Assembly (NCBI RefSeq): GCF_009914755.1 | Contig: NC_060930.1 | Length of the DNA stretch: 64,000 nt | Source of the DNA: the human T2T-CHM13v2.0 reference genome, Homo sapiens | Direction: 5' to 3' (one strand) | Shown: positions 43,451 through 57,000 of the stretch, piece after piece | Layout of the letters: every line of letters begins with the position of its first letter | Position numbering within the stretch: the stretch's first letter is position 1 | Made by a program: the position numbers and the translations under genes | The notes under the pieces: generated by a model | The model's input: the letters and a program-made list of their open reading frames with translations, nothing else | Told to the model about the DNA's origin: nothing | The model's database searches: none

Positions 43451-43582
43451 GACAGAAGTAGCTTCTTTTCTTATCAGTAAATACTTTAAGTGTGAATATA
43501 CTAAACTCTTCAGTTGATCCTCTTCTGTTTAGTATATTCACACTTAAAGTATTTACTGATAAGAAAAGAAGATACTTCTGTC
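43451..43582. repeat. Inverted repeat, 56-bp arms (1 mismatch), 20-nt spacer
   Basis: 43451-43506 is the reverse complement of 43527-43582 except at one position. Confidence 0.97.
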
Positions 43583-44098
43583 CTTAGAATAGGCAGAGAT
43601 TGGGAGAAAGAAAAAAATCCACAAAATCCAACTATATGTTGTCTATAAGTGACTCACTTAAAATTCAAAGACACATATAGGTTGAAAGTGAATGAGTGAA
43701 GAAAATAAATTGTATGCAAAAGTAACCAAAAAAGATAAGTCAAGCAAAGGTATACAGCAATTATATAATAAGAAAGCCCCCAAATATGTGAAACAAACAT
43801 TGACAGAATTGTAGAAAGGAATAGTTAGAGCCTTCAATATCCCACCTTCAGTAATAGATAGAACAAATAGAGGATCAAAAAGAAAACAGATAACTTGAAC
43901 GATACTATAAACTAACAAAAGTATCAGTAAATTCTACCCAATAATACACATGCTACCCCAAATACACATTCTTCTCAAATGCGCATGGGACCTTCTCTGG
44001 AATAGATCATATGTTAACCCACAAAACAAATCTCAATAAATTTTAAGACATTGAAATAATGCAAAGTATCTTCTCTGACCACAATGAAATAAGACCAG

Positions 44099-44528
44099 TG
44101 AACTAGTCTGTTCATGCATTGTTATAAAGAAATACCTCAGACTGCATAATTTGTAAAGAAAAGAGGTTTAATTGACTTATGGTTCTGCAGGCTGTACAAG
44201 AAGCACGATGCTGGCATCTGCTTGGCTTCTGGGGAGGCCTCAGGAAACTTAACAATCATGGCAGAAGGCAAGGAGGGAGCAAGGCATCTCACACAGTGGG
44301 AGCAGGAGCAAGAAAGAGTGAGAGACAAAGGTTCTGCACACTTTTAAACAGCCAGATCTCATAAGAATTTACTCGTTGTCATAAGAACAGCACTAAGAGA
44401 ATGGTACTAAACCATTCATGAGAAATTCTCCCCCATGATCCAACCACCCCACACCAGGCCCCACCTCCAACACTGGGGACTAAAATTTGACATGAGATTT
44501 GGTGGGGGCACAGGTCCAAGCCATATCA
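44099..44528 (-). mobile_element. MSTA-like MaLR LTR
   Basis: ggggaggcctcaggaaactt...catgagatttgg...ccatatca; 5-bp TSD ACCAG/ACTAG. Confidence 0.88.
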
Positions 44529-45225
44529 ACTAGAACTCAAAAGAAGAAAAAAAATTTTTAAATTTACAAATGTATAGAAATTAAACAACACACTGTTAAA
44601 TAACTAAGGGGTCAAAGAAGAAATCCCAAAGGAAATTAAGAAAATACTTAAAGGCAAATTAAAACAAAAATATAACAAACCAGAAGTTATAGACTGCTGC
44701 AAAAGCAGTGCTTATGAATAAATTTGTAGTTGTGCATGCCTATATTAAAAAGAATAAAGATTTCAAAACAACTTAACACCATAGGAGACTAAATAAATAA
44801 GAGTAAACCAAACCAAAAGACAGCAGAAGGAAAAGATAATAGAGTGAAGTGAAATAAAATAGAGAATTGAAAAACAATAGGGAAAATTAATGAAACCAAA
44901 AGTTGTTTCTTTGAAAAGATCAACAAAATTGTGAAATCTTTAGCCAGGTTGACTAAGAAAACAGACAGAAGACTCAAATTTCTGAATCAAAAATAAAAGT
45001 GGGAACATTACTACTGACTTTACAGAAATTAAAATGATTATAGGAGAATATTATGAACAATTGCATGCTAAAAAAAATTAGATCAAGATGAAGAAATAGA
45101 AAACCTGAAATGACCTATGATATGTAAAGATTACATCAGTAAACTAAAGCCTCCCAACAAAAAAGTCCAGATTCACATGGCTTCACTGGTGAATTCTACT
45201 CATCACTTAAAGAAGAATTAACACA

Positions 45226-45370
45226 GCCAGGCATGGTGGTTCACGCCTGTAATCCCAGCATTTTGGGAGGCCAAGACGGGCGGATCATGAGGTCAGGAGA
45301 TTGAGACCATCCTGGCTAACATGGTGAAACCCCGTCTCTACTAAAACTACAAAAAATTAGCCAGGTGTGG
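45226..45370 (+). mobile_element. Alu left arm and linker only (Y/Sc-like)
   Basis: Alu sequence stops abruptly at ccaggtgtgg, with no right arm, tail or TSD. Confidence 0.9.
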
Positions 45371-45694
45371 AATCCCCATGTATCAAAGGGGGGTCCTGGT
45401 CAGAGGGTAGGAGGTGATTGGTCATGGAGGTGGTTTCCCCCATGCTGTTCTCATGATAGGGAGCTCTTATAAGAGCTGATGGTTTTAAAAGTGTTTGACA
45501 GTTCCCCCTTTGCTCTCTCTCTCCTGCTGCCTTATGAAGAAGATGCCTGCTCCCCCTTCACCTTCTTCCATGATTGTAAGTTTCCTGAGCCCTCCTCAGC
45601 TACATGGAACTGTGAGTCAGTTATGCTTCTTTTGTTTATAAATTAGCCAGTCTCAAGTAGTATCTTTAGAGTAGTGTGAAAATAAAGTAATACA
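45371..45694 (+). mobile_element. THE1-like MaLR LTR lacking its 5' start
   Basis: aatccccatg...catgattgtaagtttcctgag...gaactgtgagtca...taataca. Confidence 0.85.
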
Positions 45695-47059
45695 AAGTTC
45701 TAAGAGTAATTAGACAAGAAAAAGAGATTAGAGACATCCAAAATGGAGGAAAAAGTGAAATTACCCTATTAACAGATGACATAATCATATATATATGTAT
45801 ATCCTTTACAATTTACAAAAAACTATGAGAGATAATTAACAAATTTAGCAAAATTGCAGGATACCACATTAACATACAAAAATCAGTGCACTGGACATGA
45901 ATTATATGTAAAGAAAATTCAGAAAACCATTCAATTTACAATGGCATCCTAAAGAATATAATATCTAGGAAGAAATTCAATCAAGAGAGTGAAAGACTTG
46001 TACACTGACATTGTTTGACTACAAAATATTGCTTAAAGAAATTAAAGAAGACATAAGTAAATGGAAAGATATCCCATGTTCATGGATTAGAAAACTTAAC
46101 ATTGTTAAGATGGCAATACTCTCAAAACAACTTACTGATTTGATGCAATCCTTATCAAAATTCTAATGGCCTTCTTTGGAGAAATGGAAATACTGATTCT
46201 CAAATTTATAGGGAATTGCAAAGTACCCAGAATAGCCACACACACAGAGACACACACACAAATTCTGAAAGAGAAGACATACACTTCCTAATTCTAAACT
46301 TACTACAAATCTACAGTGATTGAAATAGCATAGTATTGGTATGAGGATAAATATATAGACCCATGGAATAGAACTAAGAGCCCAAAAATAAACCCATACA
46401 TCTAAGGCCAATTGATTTTCAACAAGGACACCAATAAAATTCAAATGGGAAACACAGTTTCTTCAACAAATGATGCTGGAACAGCTGGCTACCAATATGC
46501 AAAAGAATGAAGCTGGATGCTTACATCACATCATTTACAATAATTAACTCATAATGAACCAACAACCTAAATGTGAGAGCTAAAACTATAAAACTCTTAG
46601 AAGAAAACACAGAAGTAAATCTTCATGATCTTGGATTTTGCAAGGGGTTTTTACACAGGAAGCCAAAAGCACAAGTAGCAAAAGAAAAAAATAGAAAAAT
46701 TGGGCTCCATCAAAACCAAAAGCTTTGTGCTTTAAAATACATTATAAATAAAGTGAAAAGACAACCTATAGAATGGGAGAACTATTTTGCAAATCATATA
46801 TTTGATAAGGGTCTGCTAGCCAGGCCATACAAATAACTCTATGACTCAATAACAAAACACAAACACCCAATTAAAAATGGGCAAAAGGCTTGAAGAGACA
46901 TATCTTCATTCATTCCACATTACTCCAGTGCAGATCACGACCAACTCAGAGACTCAAGGAGAATGCTCCACACATCTCTGGAGTTTGTTATCACTTCTGT
47001 CTCCACAGCTTCCTGCGTTCTAGAGTTTAGCTTCAGAAATTCCAATTGCTTAAGGTGGG

Positions 47060-48520
47060 GAGGGAGGCAGATCCAGTCTGTTACATCATGAGTGAAAAGA
47101 AAATCTCTAGATATGGCTTTACTGTACAATGGAATACTGTGCCATCCCTCAAAAAGAACAAGGAAGGTCTTGGTAGGGACTTTGAACAATTGCCAAGGTC
47201 TACTGCGAATTGTGAAAAAACAAGTTTCTTAGGAGTCTAGCAAAGAAGGAAAATGGAAATATAATTTCATGTTTTCTTGCACTTACACAGAGATGCCAAG
47301 GAAATTTATAAAATAATGACTAAAAGTCGTTGTCTGTAGGTGCACAGGTGGAGAACTGGGTTGTGAGGGAGGGGAAGTAAGACTTTTCACTGTAAGCCAT
47401 TTGACATTGCTTTGATACTTTGCTGCGTGTGAATGTATTATCAATTCAAAAAACTTTAAAAAATTAATGTTGCTGCTTATCCAAATGGAAAAGAATGAAC
47501 GTGAATTTCTATATTACACCAGTCTTAAAAATCAATTTCAGATAGAATAAATGACTATAAAAGACAAATTCATAAAATGTTTAGAAGTTTATGTAAGAAA
47601 ATATCTTTACAAATTTAGAACACAGACATTCATTATACAAGACAAGGATGTACAAATATTAAAGAAAACACTTGATAAATTAGACCACATTAAAATTTAA
47701 GAGTTTAATTTTAACTTAAGTAATCAATTTAATTATGTATCTTGATCAAAAAACACAACAAAGGGTGGAAAAAAGACAAAAACTGAAAGAGATATGTTTG
47801 TATTACATAAAACTAATAAAGAATGTATGCAGAGAAGATATAAAGAACTACAAATTATAATAAAACGGCAAACAGCCCAATAGAAAAAAACAAGTGTGAG
47901 CCTTGAGCCGTCACTTAGCAGAGGAGGGAAGATGAATAGCCCATAATCATATGCTTCACCTCAGTGGCACTGGGGCAGGGCAGATGGAGACCATGGTGAC
48001 ATTGCACTTCACCTCCACCAAATTGGCCCATCTTAAATCCAAGCATTAGTGAGGGTATGCAGGAACACCAGCTCTCATCCGCTGTGTGGAAGGGCGTACA
48101 TCAGTGGAATCCCTTGGAAAAGGTCTGGAATGACTTACCAAACTTGAACATGCCTATATTCTATGCGTAGTGACTCTACTCCTAGACACACACCCGGAGA
48201 AACTAGTGCTGTGTGCCAGACCTGAGCAGTAACCCACAGTCACACTGTAACAATTGGGAGTCCACGTGTGCACAGGAGCAGAGCTTGCAGGAAACCCAGT
48301 GGCCCCAAACTCTGACCACATCTCAGTGCATACCATGCCTAAATAAGCTACAGGGCAGTCACACAGGGAGTCCTACACAGCAGTGGAGGTGAAGGAAACA
48401 TGAGGGCACACATCAACATAGGTGAATCGCAGCTGTCATTGAGTAAAACAGCAAGTCACAGAAAAAAATATGGTATAAAATTCCGGTTAAATACGAAAGA
48501 AAAAAACACTAAAACCTACA
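47060..48520 (+). mobile_element. L1ME-type fragments
   Basis: caatggaatactgtgcca; aacagcccaatagaaaaa; ctactcctagacacacacccggagaaact. Confidence 0.55.
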
Positions 48521-48544
48521 CTACGTGTGTATGTGATTATGTAT

Positions 48545-48653
48545 TGACATCTATATTATCTACTTATCATCGATCATTTATGCATCATCTACTTATTTAC
48601 CCATCACCTATCATCTATCTATCCACCTATCTCCCATCTATATATCTTCCATC

Positions 48654-48700
<47 letters not shown>

Positions 48701-49186
48701 ATCTATCTAACATATATCAACCATCTACCAATCCATCTTCTATGTATGTATGTATGTATGTATGTATGTATCTAACATGTATCAACCATCTGCCAATCCA
48801 TCTATGTATGTATGTATCTATCTACCTGTCAATCATCTATGTATCTATGTACCCAATTTGTCTATGTATGTATGTATGTATGTATGTATCCATATATCTA
48901 TCTATCTAACATGTATCAACCATCTACCAATCCATCATCTATGTATGTATGTATGTATGTATGTATGTATGTATCTAACATGTATCAACCATCTGCCAAT
49001 CCATCTATGTATGTATGTATCTATCTACCTGTCAATCATCTATGTATCTATGTACCCAATTTGTCTATGTATGTATGTATGTATGTATGTATCCATATAT
49101 CTATCTATCTATCTAACATGTATCAACCATCTACCAATCCATCATCTATGTATGTATGTGTGTATGTATGTATGTATGTATATCTA

Positions 49187-49221
<35 letters not shown>

Positions 49222-49228
49222 GATCTAT
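48545..49228. repeat. Compound (TATC)n/(TATG)n satellite with an approximately 203-bp higher-order duplication
   Basis: ctaacatgtatcaaccatctgcc...gtacccaatttgtc occurs at 48772 and again at 48975. Confidence 0.95.
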
Positions 49229-49700
49229 CCTCTAGCAAGCTGGCCATTCAGGATAGCAGTTAACTGGGCACAACACAGCTTCTATCTATAGTGGGGGATA
49301 TTCTATTTCTTCAGCTGTTTGGAAGATAGATAGGCATTTGTTTCACTTTTATTTGAATGGAACATGGATATTCTATTTACCCTTCTGTGTGAAAAATATA
49401 TTTCACAAATTTTCTCTGCAGGTAAGGGTTTTTTTCCATTTCCTTATACCACTATTTATTTTATACAAAGATGTTTTAATTAAATATTTACATATCCATA
49501 GACATAAAGAGACTGAACATTAAGAAAAAAAAAAAAGATTAGATTGATCTCCAAGCCAGGGGAGCCGTAAACATTTGTAAAGTAACTACGACTATTTTAG
49601 CTAAGTAATAATGAATAGTTTTATTTATAAGGCAAGCTTTCCTTTCTGAATTATAAATTGTTTTCACTCAATGTCTTTCAAATTCCTATTCTTAAATGGC

Positions 49701-50135
49701 TGTTGTAGGTGAGGTTGCCCAGGAAGCTGCTTTGCTATGGTGATGATGGTTCAGGAAATTTATTTGGGAATGCTCTCAGGACCAACACCTGTGGGGAGGG
49801 AAAGCGGCAGATGGGCAGAGGGACAGGTTGGGCTTCCACGTGGTCAAAAGAAAAGCCTCAGCCACCCCACAGGAAGATCTCTGGAGTGGGAGCAGCCCTT
49901 TAAGGTTGTGCGGAATCGGGGTGAGAGGGGCAGGGCCCTCTTATCACAAGTACATCACTCAACTGAGGCTGCTCCAGGGACCATGGTCAGGGTGGGTCCC
50001 TTCAGCAGAGGGCAATGTCTAGAGAGAGGGCAGGCAGGGGATGGTGCTGGCAGCACTCACAGCAGCGGGGCATGAAGCCCTCAGTCCTTCAGATCTCAGG
50101 GAGGCCGGGCTGCGTGTCCCAGGACCACACCCCCA
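49701..50135. mobile_element. Old MaLR LTR (MLT1I/J-like)
   Basis: caggaaatttatttgggaatgctctcaggaccaacacctgtgggg...agcctcagccaccccacagg. Confidence 0.6.
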
Positions 50136-50789
50136 TGGTAAGAACACGTGTTAGGCACCATGGAGTGTCAAGATGCATAAGGTCTGGTCCTGCCCCCGAG
50201 AAGCTCATGCTCTAGTGCCGTGTGGCTGAGGGTGGGCAGAAACTATGAGAGGGGAGGGTCCAGATGGAAGCTCTGGAACTGCAGTGAAGGCTTGGGAGGA
50301 GCTGGGAGCCACCTCTCCCTGACCACAAGGAGAATGAAGGCAGGCTGCAGGGACACACCTCAGGGAGGGCATCTGCACGGTTACAGGATTTGCTCCCAAA
50401 ACTCTGGCAGCCAGGGAGGAGGAGGAGGACGGGTGGTTTTCAGGTATAGGACTGGTGAGGGAAAAAGAGCTGAGGCCAGGAAGGAAGAGTCCCAGGACAC
50501 ACATGATCTCACTGCTGTGCTGTCTGCGACCCCCAGCCCCTGCCTCCTTCCCTCTCCATCCTCAACTGCTTCCTGCCAGCTTCTGGGTGTGGGAATCCAA
50601 GAACAGCGCAGAGGGCTGAGTGAGCAGCAGAGCTGGGCATACAGAGGCGTACAGGTGGGAAATTAAATGAGGCCGGCAATCCACCAGCTGACACTGGGTA
50701 GGCACATTGTGATAGATCACAGCTGACGGAATATGATTCAGGCATGAAGAATCACACATTATCAGGTAGCGTGACACATGCTATGATAT

Positions 50790-51118
50790 GGTGGACCTGG
50801 AAGACATTACGGGAAAGAAACCAGCCACAAAAGACCACATGGTATGGCTGCATTGATATGAAATGTGCAGAAAAGGCAAATCCTTACAGACAGAAAGTAG
50901 GTTAGTGGTTGCCAGGCGCTGGGGCCTGGGGAAAGTGGGGAGGTACTGCTTATAGGGACGGGGTTTCTTTTAGGGGTGGTTTAAATGTTCTCAAATTGAT
51001 TGTGGGGAAGGTTGCACAACTCTGGGAATGTACTAAAAACCACTGAAGTCTACACTTTAAATGGGTGAAGAGTGTGGTATGTGAATTATCTCTCAGTAGA
51101 GTTGTTACTAAAAAGAAA
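50790..51118 (+). mobile_element. L1MB 3' end
   Basis: aaaggcaaatcc...gacagaaagtaggttagtggttgccagg...gtatgtgaattatctctcagta. Confidence 0.85.
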
Positions 51119-51949
51119 GTGAAGCCATGGGCATGAGGACAAGGCCCATAGTGGAGATGCAGACAGGTGGCTGAATAAACTTTTCCCATTTTTCTTTTTC
51201 TTTGATCTGGTTCTCCTGGCCTATTGATCTCTCCTTTACACAGGCAGTGCTGGGAGTCTGGTGGTGGGTGCGCATTCCTTTCTGTGCCTATTCATCATAT
51301 ATTCTCCATCAGACACCCCTCAATTACCTCAAAGAAACGTAGGCTCAAAACAAATCTAGGTACAGTAACAGAGGTATCAGAACATTCTTGAAAATGAAAC
51401 TATAACTTTGAGACACTCCCTAGTCCCCCATTGTGAGCAGGTGCACCCAATCCATTTCATCTTGTGTGCTGTGCTTTGTCATACCGCCTGCTGGAATCTT
51501 GCACTCCCTCCCGACGCCGCTCACTCCTGGTCTGCGGCACTAACCCCCTCTGACACTCTGGGCCATTGCTGTCTGCCTCCCTCTGTCAGAATGCCAGGTG
51601 TGAGCTGAGAGCAGGTGGCACTGCCTGGCACAGGGCAGCGGCTCAGCAAATTCTTGCTGAGGGGATGAATAAATTCCACATTTCAGTGTCCCTGAAAACA
51701 ACATTTCCCACGTGCCTGGATGGATGCTGCAGACAAACCAAGGTCACACTGCTATGGCCTGGAGGCCACTCACGTCTGCACAGAAGAAAGAGGAACAGTA
51801 TCATAAACTCATGCCGGCACTGCCTGTTGGGTGTTTTCTGTGCACAGTAACTTATTATCTGTACCATTAATTTAAAAAAAGCTACTCTACCTACTGGAAT
51901 ATACAATAGGAATCTTGGAAGTTGTATAATGCTGGTCTGGGGATCTCTT

Positions 51950-52150
51950 TTTTATTCAGCCTACATTTATTGAGCATTTACTATGCCCCAGATGTTCATT
52001 ATTTCATTTAATCTTCACAACATAATGTGATACATACACTAATATTAACCCCATTTTTGAGATGAGAAAACTGAGACTGCAGGTTAGGAGAATTTTTCTG
52101 GATTCCACAGCCAGTAAGGATCAGGGACAGGGTAATCCAGGTCTCTCTGC
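51950..52150 (-). mobile_element. MIR
   Basis: atttcatttaatcttcacaac...cccatttttgagatgagaaaactgagact. Confidence 0.75.
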
Positions 52151-52779
52151 AGTTTGGAAGGAGGAGATCACACTTCTCATCGTGCAGCTCGCCATCTCCA
52201 CGTGCCTTTGACTTCCAGGCATCTCAGCACTAAGTCAGGAGCCCCCCATGTTCCCGGGCATCCCACTGCACTGCAGCTCCAGCACATCTGCACAGGGGTC
52301 TGTGCCCTCACCTGCAACCTGTCTAGGGCATTGGGAAGCTTCCTCCTATCTTCTCACCTTCTCTTTCTTTCCTACCTGCAGCAGGAGCTTCACAGTTCCT
52401 CAGAGTTCAATGGCTCTGGATCCTGCTCCAAGCCAGACCACACCCGTGGCCTTGCCAGAGGAGAGAACCCACCTGCCCCTCCTCTCCCAACAACAACCAG
52501 CAGCCACCCCATCAAACCCTCCCACACAACCACTTTCGGTCGGTCCCGTCTTGTGCCAAACACTCATCTTTCCCTTCCAGGTCATCACCAGCACCTCTCC
52601 CAGAGTTTAGTTCATGAGTTTGCATGGCCTGGAGTTTCTCTCTGAAGCTTTTGCTGTACATACATACTGAGGAAGAGAGCAGAAAAATTCTGAAACACGT
52701 ATCAATACATGAGTATTACAATAGCGGTTAAACTGCCAAGATGTTTTCCGTACTGATGAATTAAGTTTCACGCTCACTT

Positions 52780-53157
52780 TCTTAGGATGCCATGGCAAAG
52801 CCCCGCAGACTGGTGAGCCTTAAATAACAGGAATTTATTGTCTCACAGTTCTGGAGTCTGGAAGCCCAAAACCAAGGTATCAGAGTTGGTTCCTTCTGAG
52901 GTCTATAAGGGAAGCTCTGTTCCAAATAGATGGCCGTCTCCTTCCTGTGTCTCTTCACACAACCTTCTCTCTATGCACATCTGTCTCTGTTCAAATTTAA
53001 CCTTCTAATAAAGACATCAGTTATATTGGATTAGAGCCCACTTGAATGACGTGATTTTAACTTGATTACTTCTTTAAGATCCTATTCCTCCAAATAAGGT
53101 CACATATTAAGGGACTTCAACTACCTTTTCCAGAGAACACAATTCGGTCCATAAAAT
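52780..53157 (-). mobile_element. MaLR LTR, MLT1A/B-like
   Basis: ggaatttattgtctcacagttctggag...atattggattagagccca...ccaaataaggtcaca. Confidence 0.8.
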
Positions 53158-53386
53158 GTATCAATAATGAGCTCCTTTCATATTTGGCTGCATCATGCTT
53201 CATTTAGAATTGGCTTGGAGTACATTAAATAGATGCATTTCATAAAGCCCATCACATACAGACCTACACAGAATCTCCAGTCCTGCCACACCTCTCGCTG
53301 GCTTGTCCTTGTGTCTGCCGGCTCAGAATCTGACCACATAAATCCGAGCCACTGGCTCACTAAAGGCCACCTACAAAGGAGACAGA

Positions 53387-54049
53387 TGTCAAGTTAGAAT
53401 TACCAGATCTATAAATTGGAAATGAGAGTTTTATTTCTTATAGGGGTTTACGACCTGCAGACTGGCCATCCTGCGGGCTGGGAAGTGTAGCCTCCAGCAG
53501 AGACTGAAGGCACACACTTCAAGTGGGGAAAGGTGAGGCAGAAATGGATGCTGAACAGGTTGGCTAAGTAAACATATTCAGCAGGTTATAGGAGGAGGTA
53601 CGGACGGTCACGAAGGTGGGCGTGCACATGCATAGTAAGCTAACGTGCGTGTCACATGGGCATCCTCGCTTTGGGGTGGAGATCAAACATTTAAATGCAT
53701 TGCAATTAGGACCTACACATCAAAAGGTGAAGCAAACACATGAAGGCACATGAAGGAGAAAGTGACTGAAATCAGCCTCTTGTCCAGTCAAAGCTTTAGT
53801 TCTGGCTGGTGGAACAGGGAGTCAACTAGTCAGCGTCCGGCAGCAGATGAGCTGCAATTGTTTCGATATTGCTTATCTCGTGGCCAGTGCTGTTTAGCTG
53901 CTAGAGAAGAAGAAGAACCTTGTGGCAGTCAGAACAGAGCTTACTGTTTAAGTGTAGAGGCGTGTGCATGGCCTTGGATCTTATTTATAATTTGGTATCT
54001 TATTGCCACAGAGTCCACTCCATCAGTCTTAGGATACTCTATTTTCACA
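53387..54049 (-). mobile_element. ERV1 solo LTR (MER39/MER4-group-like)
   Basis: TG...CA ends; antisense polyA-like ttttatttc near the left end; gctaagtaaacatattca and ggggtggaga...catttaaatg. Confidence 0.65.
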
Positions 54050-57000
54050 TAGGTTACATATGGATGAGTAAAACATCATAACTTTGGCTCTTTCTGGAAC
54101 AAAAATGGGCTATGCCATGTAGATGTCAATGTTTGTCTCTATGTTCAGGCAGCAAATGCTTGTAAAAACGATGTCAGCATCCACGAACGTCAGGGCTGAG
54201 TGGAAGTCATGCAGTTCAACAGATCTGAAAAATTCGTGATGGAAGAGTCACAATTTTCCCATTGTGAGGCTTTCTCAGTTTCTTAATTTATATATTTCTT
54301 CAAGGGGAAACCTGAGAGGAGCTTTTGGTGTACCCTTTCATGAAGCCCTAACCCTAAGCTGGCCACAGAGAAACATGAACTCTTAGGATCCAGGCATGGC
54401 CTGTGCCTGTGCTTCCCATTCCTGGTACCCAGCCGAGTTGGAAATATTTCTTAGCAAGGCTTTTTGAAGTCTGTTCATAGTAAAGCCGAAATGAATGTCT
54501 TTTGTGCTGTGCTTTCACACTGTCTTCTGGGAAGCTGTCCACTGACAACGAGATTGCTTTGGAGAAATGATCAAAGGAACCATCTCTAACGGTATGGTCT
54601 TCATTTCTGAGCAGCGATAATAGGCGTGCCAGCCCGCACGACTGTAGGAAGCTACAAATAATGCTGTGTTCCTTTGATCACCGGCTCTTCATTCTGATCT
54701 TATTTACTTTTCAGAAACAAACACTTGACAATGATGGTAGGGATTCTAAACCGCTTATGTGGGTAGAAAATCTGTATTTTAAAGTGGTAGTTAAGACTGA
54801 ATGTGTCTATATATTTGCCCCTGAGCTGAACTGTTCCATTTTTTAAAACCATGTAAATGTCTGCAGAGCTGCACCCACAAAAACATTGAAGTCTAGAGGG
54901 AAGACACTGAAAGCCAACTTCCCCTGGCAGGGTTTGTGACAGCCCAGTGACTCCCAGGGGCCATCATCATTGCTTTACCTGTTAGTTCCATGCTTGAGAT
55001 AGAAATTGCCCTCCGAACTCTGACCTTTTGTTGCTTTTACAAATTCTGATTGTGAAGTTGGGACAAAGGACGTTCAAAAGCCCATGGTGAATTTATATGC
55101 CTTCAGAACAGGGAACAGGGGGCCCGTTCTAATATGGTAAGCTTGTAAAACACAAAGTTTCATACATAAGATATATGAGGATATATAATTATATGGTCTC
55201 ATGATTGGTCCTATAATCTTCTGTGATACTGTATTTCTACTTTACAATAATTTTTCATCAATCACTGCTCCAAATAAGTCATTATAAAACTTGACAAACT
55301 TTGTCTCTATCTTACGTTAGAGATGGGGCATATATTAAATTCGTCATTCACCTGCCCTCTGAGTACCCTGGGAATCTTGTTCACATCCATCTAGAAAACA
55401 AACAAACAAACAAACAAACAAAAAAACACAAAAAACCTGCTAAAACAGCTGTATGGTGTTTTAACTTACCTTACATCATCCCCACCTTCCATTTAGGAAA
55501 TGTTTTATTTTATTGCAAGTCTTTTTCTGTTGCATTGTATCCGTGCTATTGTGAGGTAAAAAATGACTACATCACTGCTCTGTGAGTTTGACGTGGCTAG
55601 GTGATTTGTGGGACCACCCTAGACAAACAGCTGACCCCCTACAGGTGAGGTGCCTTCTCTGAACCACAGAGGTTCTCTCTTGGGTCTCACTTCTGTCTCC
55701 CAAGAGCTGTGTGAACAGACAAAGCCCCAAACTGGTATTCCCACAGCCTCCTGTCGACCTCAGGCCATTTGCTCTCTGCACTGCAGCCACCTCTGTGTCT
55801 TGGACCTTCTATCTTGACAAAACAATCGACAGGTGTCCTCAACACCAAATCTTATCCGATCTGGTCCCAGTCTATCAGCAGTTTTATCAGGGAAGGAATT
55901 CCAGAATAATTCTTATAAACAAAAAAACACCAACTGCCTTCTCACACAATAGACAAACATAAACCATCATGTTAGGGTTGGAAACAGGGAAGGTCAAATA
56001 TGGGAAAGGGGATACTCTCTGTAGGTATCTGCAGAGCTGAGGACTGTGTCTCACCTGGAAGGCAGGGACTGCATTGAATGGGATCTACATCAGGCTAGTG
56101 TCACTTAGGATTACTTCATGTGGCCATTCTGATTCTTTGTTGCACTGAAATTTGTTCATGCAAAAAAGAAAAAAAAAACTGTTCAAAATAACCAGGCTAC
56201 TGGAGGTTTGAGATGCCTTTTGTCCAATGCAGACACTGTTTCATTTACTGTGCTGGGAACTATCTGTAGGGCCTATGCTCATGGCAGGGAGAAAGCTTTG
56301 GTAAGGACCACCATGCTTTTCCCAAGATTCTGGTGTTCAGGGATCACTTGAAATTTTGAAAACACACATTATTTTTTCTGAGGTCAAAATTAGTGATGTC
56401 AAAACCCTCTGAGGTGGGCTCTACTGCTGTTTTCAAAAGATGAGAAAGGAGAAATCTTGTCTTCAAAAAGGTTCCCAGTCTAATCCCGTAGACCAATGAT
56501 GCTGGCAGATGCTTCTGAGAGTCAGAATGGTTGGTTGGAGCAGCTCCCCCCTCACACGGAACCTTTTGATGTTCACCCAACCCCACTAACCCTGCCATGG
56601 AATGCACCAAAATAAACTCCACCACGAAACCCTAACAAGGCGTGATTGGGCTTGGAGACCAGAACACTGGGCCAAGAATCTACAGAGCCAGCTGTGGGAC
56701 TCATCATGCGTGAGTTACCGAATACGCCGTGTCTTAGCTCAGCCATCTGTGGAAGAGACTCATGCTTTCACTCTGGCTGCTAACCTCAAATCACTTTCAG
56801 AACAGTACGGTTCTGCCCCATGTTGATGTTAACTTAAGTTCAACTCCTGAGAATTACATGAAACAATGGCTCTGTGGGCTGCAAATCATCATTATTTCCA
56901 AGTTTACAACAAACTTTGCCTCACAGAATCCACATTAGTGACATCTCTCTAAAATATAAGAAAATGTGGTGAACATCTCCCCTCTGCCCCAGGCATGGTT

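Larger units (their letters stand above)
43400..46910 (+). mobile_element. L1MB/L1M-type ORF2 body, sense, interrupted by a palindrome, MSTA, Alu and THE1
   Basis: EN-region motifs (atagatcatatgtta, ttctctgaccacaatg) and C-terminal ORF 46573-46836. Confidence 0.8.

Noticed and set aside
43060-46836. Antisense L1 piece (43060-43400) as a twin-priming inversion of the adjacent sense L1
   Set aside because: The same ORF2 region is still present in the sense element (about 46370-46700) and the two are clearly diverged, so they are more likely independent insertions.
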